DNA from: Callorhinchus milii | Taxonomy: Eukaryota | Direction: 5' to 3' | Assembly (NCBI RefSeq): GCF_018977255.1 | Contig: NW_024704756.1 | Location: forward strand, 17,298,001 to 17,362,000 | Length of the DNA stretch: 64,000 bases | Shown: in pieces, positions 12,074 through 24,901 of the stretch | Layout of the letters: each line of letters opens with the position of its first letter | Position numbering within the stretch: the stretch's first letter is position 1 | The notes under the pieces: generated by a model | Seen by the model: the letters and a program-made list of their open reading frames with translations, nothing else | Database searches by the model: none | What the model was told of the DNA's origin: nothing | Program-made: the position numbers and the translations under genes

Positions 12074-15000
12074 GTTACACGAGAAACCAGGGGCACATCC
12101 CTACAAATAATTACTTTCACCGTAGCAAAATTGTTACAAAATATACTCTGCATTAATTTCTGACCTGAGTTAGCTCTTCGTAGTCTCATTAAGTAGATTT
12201 TCTGCAACTGACCAATCACAGACTAATTATTTTTGAAGCATTAACATAGGTTGAAATGTAACATTGAATATGAGGGAAATCATTCTTAAAGCTCTTTAAA
12301 ACACAAACAAGGAACCAGGTTCAGTACTGTAGTCAGAGAGCAGAACGCAGGGTACTCTGATCAATATAATTTCTGAGCAACATAATCCTCACTCATGGTT
12401 TCCTTCTGGATTTCAGTTACAATTTTTTTGTGAGCTCAGAATTCTAACCTCAAAAAGACTTCAGACCATGCACTAGAAACTAGAAGGTACAAAGTTAAGA
12501 ATATGGGGCCAAGAAACGTAGCTATAGAAATTCACCTCAGTAAAGCGTGCACCCAGTCTATGAACGAAGGAGACTGACAAATCTGGCTATTACCCCCTTT
12601 GGTGGGAAACTGTTCCGCAGGGTAGTATAGTTTATTATTGTGACAAATTATAGGATTTTTTCAGAGTTTTAAGACGATAATAATGTCTGATAATGGAATG
12701 TACATGATAAATACAGAACTTCTGAATAAAATCTAAACACATTAAAAATAAAATGCAAGTTTAAATATATATATTTATATATATATTAAATATAAATGAG
12801 TGTATTGGTACCGATCATAACTGACTCACTTTGAAATGGCTTCAATTTATGAAACAAAAACCTTAACTCACATTCTGAAAAACAATTTCAACAAATGAGT
12901 CCCTATGAATCGTTACTTCTATCATGATAAAATTGTTTGACATACGTCAAACATATTCGTCACTCCAAGGAAAACGGGCCTAGTAGATAAAGAAGCAGTT
13001 GTAGTTAACTAGGTGAAAAATAAACGAAAGAATCTGAATGTCATACAAAAATACTTAATATGTATCAAAAAATGTTTTTGGTCAGACATGTGAAAAAGCA
13101 TCACCAAACTTAAAAGTATCCAAACCAGACAAAGCTTCACATAAGAATGTCCCTACACATGGAATTTTCTCCATTTCTGGAATGCAGAAGTGCACTTTCT
13201 CCCTGGAAAGAGGCACCCTGCTTACCCAATCAAGAGTATCATTCCATGCCATGGGAGACTCTAGAGTCTATGTTGGGGTAATTGGAGATTCCAGAAGTTA
13301 CAAGAATTTCTATCATGGAACCTTCAAAAGTATACATATCTTTGAGACTTCAGGAAATAAAACAGCATAAAATAAGTCATGTACAATGTGGGAATGTGTA
13401 AGGCTGCATTATACTTCACTAAAGTACTCCTATTACTAACCCAATATCCTCAAGTAGTGCTACCAATTCAATTGGCACTTCTGAAGTCAGAGGATTTGGT
13501 CGAGAATAAAATTTACTACATCGTTTGTACCTAGTACCTAAACTGAAAAACTCTGCATGAAATTGACAGGCAGCTAAGATTACACAGTGACCCAATCTTA
13601 GGCTTCAGGTGACTAACAATCCACTGTAATTACGCTTACCCAACATCATTCTGATCCCTCAATTCAGTTACACCCTTGAATTCCACTCCTTTCAATATCC
13701 TATGCATACCAGGATACACTTGAATTTTGTAGTGGTGAAGTGATCAGAATTACTATAATTTTTATTCTTGGAAGGAATATATTTTTAAATAAATGTTTAC
13801 AGTGCATTGACTACATCCATTCACTGAAAGCAGATATTTAACAAATTACTATGAAATAAATTGGTGGAGTAAATACTTCTGATGTAAATTGAGTAGTTTT
13901 CCCTGCTGTAACAGGAAAATAAGTTCCTCCCATTATAGTAGCTTAAAGTCACTATTTGGCAAATAACTCACGTTGACCTTAAATAAAACAGATAATTTCA
14001 CTGAAAACAGACAGCTCTACCTACGGTATTTAAATGGAGATTCTATCCTCCTGCTTAAATGTCACTCACTCCTCATTCAAATATGCCCTTGACACACTCG
14101 TAGGTTGCCTACACTTTATCTCTGACTCAAGGGCGGGGACAGTTGACGGCTCTCTCTCCATTAACTGAGTGAGGCAGGCCTGTACCCAGTATTCTGTCTG
14201 CTTTTTGAAACAAATTAACATAACCTTTGTGCATACCTCTTCACTTGCCAGGGTGTGAGTGTTAGTTTAATCAACCCCTTATTGTTCACAGGTATGGGAT
14301 TTATGTGTGTCAACCTCTGCTTCATCTATCTTTTCCTCCTCCAAAGGCCGTTTCCAGGTTATGCACAGAGTTCACTACTTTTTATTTGTGGGCCATTCTC
14401 AGGAGTATGTACAACCAAGTGCTGTACATCCACCACCACACCACTCACTTCCACAAACAGGGCTAATAACCTGCAGGTTGGACACACTTTTTACACTCTT
14501 TCCCCCATCTTACAAATCCAGTTGGAATGCCAGGAATTAATTCCCCCCCCCCCTATCACAGACCAGGGAAGTGACACATAGGGCAGAACCCAAGGTCTGT
14601 CAAACAGACCTGAAACAAGGTTCATTTGTTCCCATTCACTCCACACCTGGGGATCGCTCATACAGTTAGTTTAGTACCATTCCACTTTCAGTCCAAACTG
14701 AATCACTTCCTCTTGTGACAGCATAGAACACATATTGGGTCAGCTTCCTCCCCGCTGTGCCTAACTCACCTTCCTCATCCCACTCATACCATCATCACCG
14801 CCCCCCCCCCATACCACCCCCCCCCTCCATCCCCTCACACACCCCCCTCCCCACCTCCATACCCCACTCAAAGTCAGGCTCCACTACTGTTAACTGCTCC
14901 GAGACTCTACCCCGGCTTGAAGGGCGCTATATAAATGCAAGTTGTTGTGGTTGTTACCCTCTTCCCCCCCCCTCCCCATACCTCCACTCACACCTCCCCC

Positions 15001-15101
15001 CCATACCCCACTTTACCCTCCCCCTTTATACCCCACTCAGATCCCCCCTTTATACCCCACTCAGACCCCCCTTCCCCATCGCCTCCCTGTACAGTACTCA
15101 C

Positions 15102-15231
15102 AGTCCAGGTGCTTCTTCTTGGGGCCCATCACCTCGTGGGTGGTGGCTTTACAGGCCGCCTTGGTGATGGCTGAGCCGGTGACGCTGTGCTGGGCCGCGG
15201 TGATCCGGTCCGTGATCGACTGACCCGACAT
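15102..15231 (-). CDS. PICALM: PICALM-like coding exon 1
   Basis: ATG at 15231; [43 protein letters not shown]; 130 nt ending at a GTGAGT donor (15101-15096). Confidence 0.92.
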
Positions 15232-15830
15232 GATCCCTCAGGCGGGCGGGCGGGCGGGAGGGAGAGAAGGGAAGGGAGCGGGCGACAGGCGGAGAGGGGA
15301 GAGGAGAGGAGAGGGGGAGAGAGAGGAGGAGGAGGAGGGGGTAAAATAAAAAGGAAACGAGCCCTGGTCCCCCCCCTCAGAGCTAAATCAGCCCGAGCCC
15401 GTGAGGAGCGATGTGTGAAGGAGACGCCTCCGTGAGGAGAGGAGTCGGGGCGGCGGCGGCGGCTTAAACCGAACGCTCGGGCGCGAGACCAACCGCCGGA
15501 GAAAAACCGTTGCTCTCCCCCCCGCCCTCACAGGGAGCAAACATCGGAAGCTTCTGGAACCGGCCGGACCATTCGACACGGCGGGGCCGGGGCCGGGCCG
15601 AGGCGAGGCGGGGCGGTGACGCGGGGCCTGGCGGAGCGGCGGCGGCTGTGAGGTGTGAGGTGTGCGCTGCCCGAGCCGCTCGCGCTCGCGCTCTCGGGCT
15701 TTATACCGCCCGCCCCGTCTCTTCCGCTTTCTCGGGCACTGACAAACAAAATGGCGGCGCAGCCCCAGTCAGGTGGCGGCCCACATCTGGGCGGTTAAGG
15801 TGGAGCGGGGGCCGGCGTGTGAGCTCACAC
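15150..15830 (-). promoter_or_regulatory. CpG island promoter and 5'UTR of the PICALM-like gene
   Basis: Dense CpG; minus-strand TATAAAG at 15705-15699; GC boxes 15706-15716; ETS-like CTTCCG at 15721; YY1 consensus CAAAATGGCGGC at 15747-15758. Confidence 0.75.
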
Positions 15831-15832
15831 TG

Positions 15833-16395
15833 AGGGGGGGAGGGAGGGAGGGAGAGGCAGGAGGGGGAGGAGGGAAAGGGGGGAAGGAGGGGGAGGGGGG
15901 AGACGGAGGAAGAGGGAGGGGGAAGGAGGGAGAGGGAAGGAGGGAGTGGGGGGGAGGGGGGGGAAGGAGGGAGAGGGTGGGGGGGAGAGGGAGGGGGGAA
16001 GGAGGGAGAGGGTGGGGGGGAGAGGGAGGGAGGGGGGGGAAGGAGGGAGAGGGTGGGGGGGAGAGGGTGGGGGGGAGAGGGAGGGGGGAGAGGGAGGGCG
16101 GAAGGAGGGAGAGGGTGGGGGGGGAAGGAGGGAGAGGGTGGGGGGGAAGGAGGGAGAGGGAAGGAGGGAGAGGGTGGGGGGGAGAGGGAGGGGGGAAGGA
16201 GGGAGAGGGTGGGGGGGAGAGGGAGGGGGGAAGGAGGGAGAGGGAACGAGGGAGAGGGAGGGGGAAAGGAGGGAGAGGGTGGGGGGGAGAGGGAGGGAGG
16301 AGGGGGAGGGAGAGGTGGGGAGGGAGGGAGAGGGGGGGGAGAAAGGAAGGAAGGAGGGGGGGAGCGAGGAGAGGGAGGGAAGGAAGGAGGGGGAG
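15833..16395 (+). repeat. Polypurine G/A-rich degenerate tandem repeat
   Basis: Almost pure G/A with recurring GGAAGGAGGGAGAGGGTGGGGGGG units. Confidence 0.9.
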
Positions 16396-18189
16396 CCTGG
16401 GTCTGATGAACGGTCCCTGTGCCCTGAAACAACAATAACAACTTGCACTTATGTGGGTTGTAAGGTTTCAGAAAGGGGGAATGGGGGAAAACCCTGGAGG
16501 GTTTTGAGACAAACTTCAATTGTTCCCCATTCATTCGGTACCAAGGAATCACTCCGCCGTCAGTCAGTTCCAATCCCAGTCCAAACTTGTCTGTGTTGGT
16601 GTAAAAGCTGGAGTCAGTCAGTGTCTTCCCCCCTCCCATGACCTCCCCCCTCCCATGACCCTCCTGCTTCTCTCCCAGTTCTACCTGCATGTTTGACCTC
16701 CTGTGACAGGGCCACAGGCTGAGCTAAGGGAATCCCATCTCATTCCAACATCATTGGCTACTGTATTTCTCCCACAAAATACAGTCTCTACACTTTACAG
16801 TATGTTTTATGAAGCACTTTGAGACGTCTTGAAGACGTGATAAGGCACTGTATCAAATGCCAGAATTATTATTATCATTTACTTCCACAGTGGAGTTCCC
16901 AAAAGTAACTCTTTAACACTTAACAAATCCTGGCAGGTAGAACTGTCCTCCTCCCCCACCCAATCAAGTGTTAGAGTTGGTTTTGGTCAAGGTCATGCTC
17001 TCCCTTGCTCAGAATGTTTCTCCAAACCTGTGAAGAATTTTGAAACATCCTACATGAAGGGCACTGTGTAAATGCAAGTTCTTGTCAATGGAGGGCAGTC
17101 CAATTCCTCAACGGGATGCCGTTGCTTGTTCTGAAGTGCTTGTTCCTCTTGATTTTCGTTTGTGTTATCCAGAAACCATGGTGGGATAACATAATGCACA
17201 TTAACATCATTAATTCCCTTACACAATTGTGGGTGTCTATGTCAATGGTATGGAAAGAATGTTGTTTGAAACCAAAAAGAACGAGGCATACCTCTTGTGG
17301 GCTTTTCTTCTCTCTCTCAATGGCTGACATAATCTTCCCTTGGTTGTAGGACTGAGCTATACACACCAGAGGGGTTTGAAGTTGTACTATGTTGGCTGAT
17401 CTCAGCTGGGCCATGTCGCTCAGTTTATATTTGAGGTCAGTGAGAAGAACTGTGTGGGTTCCTTGTCTACAATCATTATCAGCAAGGTTAGCTGCTTACA
17501 GAAACAATCACCACATCTGACAAGACATAACGTGAAAAGATCCTAAAATAATGCAAGCTTGTTCTTTTGATACACATGTGTGTAATGGTCACTTTGATAA
17601 TACTGTATACTGGAAATAGTCATTGCTAACTGAATAGCTTCCCTGTGCTTCCAGGAAAGGGGTGGGGGAGTGGAAAAGGAGGGGAAATTGTGAAAGTTGA
17701 CGAATTACTGCTGAGTGTCTCTCTAAGAATTAAAGCCCTCTGTTTTGGGGCACGTTCTAAATCTCTTTAACATGACAATGCAGTTTTGGGCATCAGCCAC
17801 AGCCAATTCCAGCGGCCGTACATGCTCACATGAGGCAATCATTGTGCGAGAGCGGCACAAATTACAGTATTTGCAAGCACTCAAAAAAAAGCCAGTTCAA
17901 ATGGGGTATTGGAGACAGATGGTGACACGTTGGTGGTGAGTGAGTGAGTTCCACCTTAAGCAAAAGTGGGTGTCTCAAATTCTTAGGGCCTCACATTCCT
18001 GAGTAAAAGTTTGGTAATCAGAGCGCAGACCTGGACACGCTGGTTAACCACAGACGTCGGGCAGCGATACGCTAACTATCTGGGCTAGTACATTCTGCTG
18101 TGACCTGTCAAACTGCACAATTCACATTGCATCAGACCTGCACCGCACAGATAGTGAACGCTCCAGAACTTTCACTCTCCGGCTCGCTC

Positions 18190-18453
18190 AGGCAGGGCAA
18201 AACCTTGGGCAAGTTTCCTTACTCCACACAGAGCCTAATAACAATCCCTCCAAAAAAACAAAACAATAATAAAAATTGGTCATTTTCAATCTACGACTGT
18301 TTGTGGGACATTGCTGTGCGCAATTGGCTGCCGCGTTCGCCCACAAATATACAGTCAATTCACTTTACAGTGTGTTCTGTGAAGCGCTTTGGGATGTCCT
18401 CCCGACGTGAAAAGCGCTATATCAAATGCAAGGATTATTATTATTATTATTAT
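18190..18453 (+). mobile_element. Young SINE, 5'-truncated
   Basis: Body and (ATT)n tail match 50721-51047; the tRNA head is missing. Confidence 0.88.
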
Positions 18454-18587
18454 AAACACTATACACTGTGCATTCCGACAAATAAAAAAGTGGCCTTTTT
18501 TTTTAAACAGTTAAACTACTTTCAGTGTGTTTTTTTAACACTGCCCAGTGTTTTAACACTGCCCAGTCAATTAAACCTTACCTTCAA

Positions 18588-18911
18588 GAATAATAATAAT
18601 AATAATCCTTGCATTTGATATAGCGCTTTTCACGTCGGGAGGACGTCCCAAAGCGCTTTACAGAATATACTGTAAGGTGAATTGACTGTATATTTGCGGG
18701 CGAACGCGGCAGCCAATTGCGCACAGCAATGTCCCACAAAAAACAGTCGTAGATTGAAAATGACCAATTTATTATTGTTTTTGGAGGGATTATTATTAGG
18801 CTCTGTGTGGAGTAAGGAAACTTGCCCAAGGTTTCGCCCTCTGCCTGGAATTGAACTCAGGTCTCTCGCTTGCAAAGCGAGTACTCTAACCACTGAGCTA
18901 CAGGACTCCAC
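18588..18911 (-). mobile_element. Young tRNA(Ala)-derived SINE, full length
   Basis: Reverse complement of the 11743/50721 family. Confidence 0.9.
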
Positions 18912-19154
18912 AATCCTGTGGAGATTGTTCCAGGGACAAACGGGATGTTCAAACAATTAAAAAGTTATTTATATTTCCCTTTCCCACTTTGGTAACATAT
19001 TGTGTTCTTTGTAAAGAGAGATTTTTCTTCCATATTACTTACTCATGTCCACAAATACCAGGCACCTCCCTAGTCTTACAGGGCAAATGGAAAACTGTTT
19101 GCTAATGCTCTAAGGTTGGCCTCGGAGACCTTATAGAGGACACTAAGTGTATCA

Positions 19155-19520
19155 GCCTGGCTCAGTGGGTTGAGCATGCTTGCCTCTGTATCACATGTTT
19201 GTAGATTTGAAGTCCTAAATCAGGGCTTGAGCCCACAGTCCAGGCTGACACTCCAGTACTCTGCAGGAGGTGGCATCATTTGGATGAGACAAGAAAACAA
19301 AGTGCCATTCATCTTTTCAGGTAGACAGATCCCGTGACACTATTCTGGTGTCCTAGCCAACAATCCTCCAGATAAACTCATGGCTGTTTTTAGAATCTTG
19401 TTTTTCACAAATTGGCTGCTGTGTTTGCCTACCACTACACAGTCACCACACTTATAGCAATTCCCTGTGAAGGCCTTCAAGACCTTAAACAATAGAAGTG
19501 CTGTATTAAATATGAGGATT
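19155..19520 (+). mobile_element. Old Deu-domain SINE (SacSINE1-like)
   Basis: TGGCTCAGTGG head, AGGCTGACACTCCAGT, GGATGAGAC, AAATTGGCTGCTGTGTTTGCCTAC. Confidence 0.65.
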
Positions 19521-22500
19521 GTTTATACTTGTATTCTGTTACTCAGGATGTGAAGGACTAAGAAGAGATTTCTCCCAAAAAATCTCAATGCCTCCAGGCA
19601 GAGGAGCAACCTTGTGTCTCTACAGTCATGCTTCAAAAGTTCATTTTTTTGATCTGTTCAATCTGCTATTTTCTACCATGGTTCAGGTCAATTTGGCAGC
19701 TGAATATGTTTTTAAAAGTAACAAAATGGTGTTCTATTGACAATAAATCTGATAAATGCCATTGTTTTTGGAAGAGGATTTTCTCATTTATTGTACTTTT
19801 CCCCCTCATGAGATGTTTCAATTATACTTGAATTTCTTGTCAATTGTGGGCAGGTCATGTTCAGTGGATTGATTAATGCCTCAAGCTTCCTGCTGTGATG
19901 TCAGGGGACTTTGATCTTTTCCTATCTGATATGTTTGACAACGGAGGTAACAAACCCAAAGTGCATTGGCCAGCCAGTTACTGAATAATCAAATCTGTCT
20001 CAAGTATTGGGAGGAGTTGAATGAGGTATCAGTTTCTGGTACACTGCTTGCAAGGTGACTGGATAGGTGATACTGGGAGACACCGATGGGATTTTAGAAG
20101 TTTGCTCTGAGAAGTTACAGTCACAAATTGCACCCCTACTAAAATTTAGAATTTTATCAAATTCTACAGCTGAGCTTCAGTATTGGAGGTGGGGGGAATA
20201 AAACCACTGAACCAACAGTCTTTGTGACATGTTTTGAATCTAGTTCTCAGGGTTCACTCAATTGCACGACAAACACTCCCAGATCAAGGAGTAGTGATCT
20301 CGAGGAAGTGTCATCATGTATTATGATACTTGGCAACCACCCACTGGAGAGTCCTCCAGTACTGATCTATTACACAGCGAGTCTCCCGACACTGATGAGG
20401 TACAGTATAGAGGAGTCCCCGTCCTTCAGCATGGTGCTGTGCATGAATCAGAGTATGTTACACAGAACACCAAGAACATTGCTTATACACAATCACCTGT
20501 TCTTCCCGTTCCCAAGCTGTAGTGAGATAATAATCACAATAATAATCTTTGCATTTGATATAGCACCCTATCATGTCGTTGAGACGTTTCAAAGTGCTTC
20601 ACAGGATAAACTGTAAGATGAAATTGACTGTATTTTGTGGATGAGATGAATGCATTAAATTTTTTTGGTCAAGAGATTTCCTCAAAGCAGAGCAGATTTT
20701 TTTTAAGCGTTGCTCTAGTGGTTTATAACTCTAGTCTGATTCAAAGTGCACCAAATTAACAAGCCCCAAGTGAGACAAGACATTAAAAGCACTCCCCACT
20801 CCTCCCTTCAAAATAATGGATGTATGGGATAAAATTCCATCAAACACTGTTAATGCTGCATAGCTTTACTCGTAAAAGAAGAGCTAGTTTAAGGATCTAA
20901 GAATGTTTGGAAGATTATAAGGGTGGACACAAATAGTTGATCCATGGAACATGATCTTTGGAAGAAACGGGAACCATGGTTGAATGATCTGTGGAATGTA
21001 GCTGCTCAGAGTGGTAATTGTAGGTTGTTAGGTTACTTTAATGTTCTTCAGTTTTGCTCGATTACCTTTGGATGTTAGGGAGGCAAGTCACAGCATTGTC
21101 ACCTTGGAGACATCACCTGCAGTTACTTGCCTCGCTCAGGAGAGCGAATGGGTTGGGTGGAGTCTGTGATTGGGCAAAGTAAGCATGGTCTATGTAGGGA
21201 CATGTCTGATGGGCCAAATAGCCCTTTCGTTTGTGGCCATATTTACAGAATGTTTATAATATCACCACAGACATTGCCTTTCAATAAAACAATGTGAACA
21301 ACAGCATAACATCTCAATGGATTTCACGGGGAAACTGTGCAAGGGGGTGGATTGAAAATAGGGACAAAAGCCTCCATTGCAGTAATTATGTTCAGTTAAT
21401 GTCTGGAAAATTTTTCTTTCTGGAGGTACTCACACACTGGTGAAGGCAGGGCACCCACTGTTTCCTATTTCTCTTTGTTACTTTGCTCTCCCTCTCCCTG
21501 GAATGTGTGTATTGGGAGGCCGAGGGGAGGCAGTTGCTCTCAAACCACCACCAATGTCTCTCTTAGCTGACAGTGACAGTGCCGCCTCCTATAGTGAAGC
21601 CTCGTCTGTTTCTTGCCATTTCCCCCGCAGGCCAGTCTGAATCCTCTCCAGGTGCCTAGGATGCTGCCGCATGGTGAAGATCAATAAATGCAGCGGGAAA
21701 GGCGATTGAACCACAACACCCTCTGCTTTTCACACATTCATTCGCTGCCGGCACTAAGCTAAGCCACTGGGCAGAAGATAAGATATAATAATGTAAATTA
21801 AATGGCTTTGCAATTGAAAATGACCCACTTGGCCTTTGTTCACAGCTCTTAGTTTTCAGCTGACAATAAGAGGATGCCAAAGTCCTCGACAACATAAGCC
21901 TAATTCTAGAGGCCACAAGCTGCCTCTTTCTGGGGAGGACATTGAATAAAAAGTAACACAATACAGATTTACATTTGTATAGCGCCCTTCACCCCAAATG
22001 ACGTCCCAAAGGACGTACCAGTACTGGCTGGCTTTAATGATGAAAATCACAACAACAACTTGCATTTATACAGTAGCCTTCACTCAGGGTTTAAATAGTT
22101 TTGCCTCCATCCAGGCAGAGGGCATTCGCTCGTCCAAAGTAATGTATAAAAAATGAAGAAGGGTGCGACAAACAACAGGAAGAGCTCCAAAGGATGGCTG
22201 GAGGGAGGGAAGGTAGCCAGCCAGGGATGGATGTTCATGTACTAAGGGCAAGGATTGCCACGTGCCACCCAAAGGATTACTCACTGCAGCTGAAGGAAAA
22301 CATCAAGTCCTTCACTAACCTGGTGGACAGAGTTAGTAACTCATTACCACTCGGGCCATTAACTCCATGAGATGCACGTTAGCAGTAAATAAGCCAATGT
22401 GAGATTAGCCTCTGCTGTAACAGTCCGACGTTAAAGGCACAATACACGTGTAACTTGTATTAGTGTAAGCGCTAATGGAGCAATAAGACTGATTCAGACA

Positions 22501-23304
22501 CTTTCACCCAGTAACTTATTTCATGGATCTGTCAAAATCTGATCCACTTTGGTTTTCCCTTTGAATCAGAATTTCATTCCAAATATTTTCAATCAAATTT
22601 CACTAGCCTTGACACAAGGCCACCAGAAGTGAATAGCTGAGTCATGGGACAATGGCTATGTGTTTTGGGGGGCTGTGAGTTTCACTCTAGGCTCCTGCTT
22701 TCAGGCTCTGATATTGTGCTTTTCGGAAAGACATTACTGGAGTAAGCGAGACACAGAGTCAGGAGGAAGAGCTAATATTACAGAGGGCAAGTGGTCACAT
22801 TGCAACATCGCACTACATTCCTACAGTCAGCAAACAAGTTTCACAGCAAAAGCTGCCAATGGTCTGAGAGATTGTGCAAATAAAATCAGTTCCTATTAAG
22901 TCAATGACCTAGCTCCTGATTTCATTCTGTTCCAGTCAGAGATGAGCTGGAGCGGGGAAACCGATCTTGCTCACATTCACTCGCTCAGGGTGGAGAGAAC
23001 TCAACCAAACTGAGGCGAACCAACTGTTTTTTTGGCAACTGAATCTCTTTGTGATATTTTATTAGCATATTTTAGTCTTTTTGTTACACTCCAGAACCTC
23101 AATTTATATGCAGGAATTTCTACATAAGTAGTTAAGATCAGAGGGGGTGAAAAATAATATTTCAAAAGCTGCAAAGTATGTGACTGTCTGCGCACAAGTT
23201 CCATGTGTATGTCACAGCAGTCTGTTTGCGTCAGATAAAATTCCAGAATTTCTGTCTTGTTCCTGCTGCCCTGGCACAAAGCAACCTGCTCTAACAAGTA
23301 TATA

Positions 23305-23472
23305 ATAATAACAATAACAACAATAATAATAACAATAATAATACTTGCATTTGATATAGTGCTTTTCACGTCTTCTGGATGTCTCAAAACGCTTCACAGA
23401 ATATGCTGTAAAGTGAATTGACTTTACTCGCTCGCAAGGCGTGTGCTCTAACTACTGCGCTACAGGACTCCA
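23305..23472 (-). mobile_element. Internally deleted SINE (head joined to tail)
   Basis: The 5' half of the tRNA head is joined directly to GTCAATTCACTTTACAG...tail. Confidence 0.65.
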
Positions 23473-24725
23473 TATGGTTTATGGGGGGGGGGGGATTTCA
23501 ACAGGCTAAAAATATCAAAGCCAAGTTTATCACAAATTTCCTGTTGGCTTTTCTTCCCCCAAAACTGCTCCCAAGCAGATACTGTCCAGCTGATTTTCTG
23601 AACTCCTTCGAAGAAAGATCTTGCAATTCTTCCTCACGTTAAACAATGTTGTGTAGGTTTCACAGGAACATTTCTTTGAGGAGAGACAATGAAAATATGC
23701 ACTTGTAGTAGGAAAATATTGCAACTGGTGTTCCAATAATGTCTCAGACAAAGGACTACACCTCCAACAACACAGCACTCACCTCGCCCCCCCCAACATC
23801 GCACTGCCAGCCTAGACTATGAGCTCAAAATTCCCGTAATGGGAACCTACAATCTTCTGACAGCTTGTAGTTTCGCCTCTCTGTGAGAGTGTACCTGGCC
23901 TTCACTTGGCAACTGCACCTTTTGGAATGATTCTCTCTCTACAGGGGATTGTACAGGCAATCCTTCCTCTTATTCTCTGTGCTGCAACAACTCTGAGATG
24001 GTCCTCAAACATCCCTTAAGTATGACTCTGACTAGAAGGTTAGTAGCTTTGGCTCAATGCTGACAAAACCAACCCTGGCTTTCTATGGGCTTGGCCAATC
24101 CACTTTACATGGCATTGGCAGCAATATCTCAGCAGTTAGTAAGCTGAGGTACAAGGTGAAGCATCATGATGTTCACTGTATTCCCAGCTGAAGTCTGTAG
24201 CCTGCTTGACAGCATCCAGCATGACACAGATAATAATAATAATGCTGTGTCAAACATTCTCAGACGCACCATTCCAGGATGGGATTCATTCCAAGGCTGG
24301 TCTTCAGAAGCCGTGTGATGTAGGTTTCCTGTTCCCCACTGGAGGGCGCTGTTTACCTGGGCATTTGGGGAAGGGGAAGGTGAGACTGTTTCTGATGCTG
24401 TAGGAACACTTGAAGAAGTTGGTGAAGTGAGCCCTGAGGTCCTGGAAAAAGAGCAGGCGCGTGTCTGGGCAAACTGGGGGTCACATATTCCACCATCGCA
24501 CTGTTAGTTTTGGAACAAACTGAAGCCAACTAATAAAACAGCTACTCTCATGGCATTACGCCTGACACACCAGCCCATCGCACTGCCAACACATAGACTT
24601 CATTAAGCTAGTAAAATAATCAATTTACTGTAGAATCATAAACATATATAAACATGTCGAGATTATTGGCTCCACCATTTCACCACAAATGCTTAACATC
24701 CCATTTGTACAGCCGGTGGGAGGGT

Positions 24726-24901
24726 GTGGAGTCCCGTAGTGTAATGGTTAGCAGGCTCGCCTCGCATGTGAGAGGACCTGCTGCATTTCGCCCGCAAAAT
24801 ATACAGTCATTCCACTTTACAATACATTCTGTGAAGCGCTTTGAGACATTTTGACGATGTGATAAGGCGCTATATCAGATGCAAGGATTTTTATTATTAT
24901 T
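24726..24901 (+). mobile_element. Internally deleted SINE (head joined to tail)
   Basis: GTGGAGTCCCGTAGTGTAATGGTTAGC head then CTGCTGCATTTCGCCCGCAAAATATACAGTC...(ATT)n. Confidence 0.65.

Noticed and set aside
15701-16690. Pro-rich and Gly/Glu/Arg-rich ORFs
   Set aside because: They arise from the polypurine repeat and have no domain content.
20224-20616. Short protein-like ORFs here and at 37136-37492
   Set aside because: No recognisable motif or consistent splice context; the longer ORFs run into SINE sequence.
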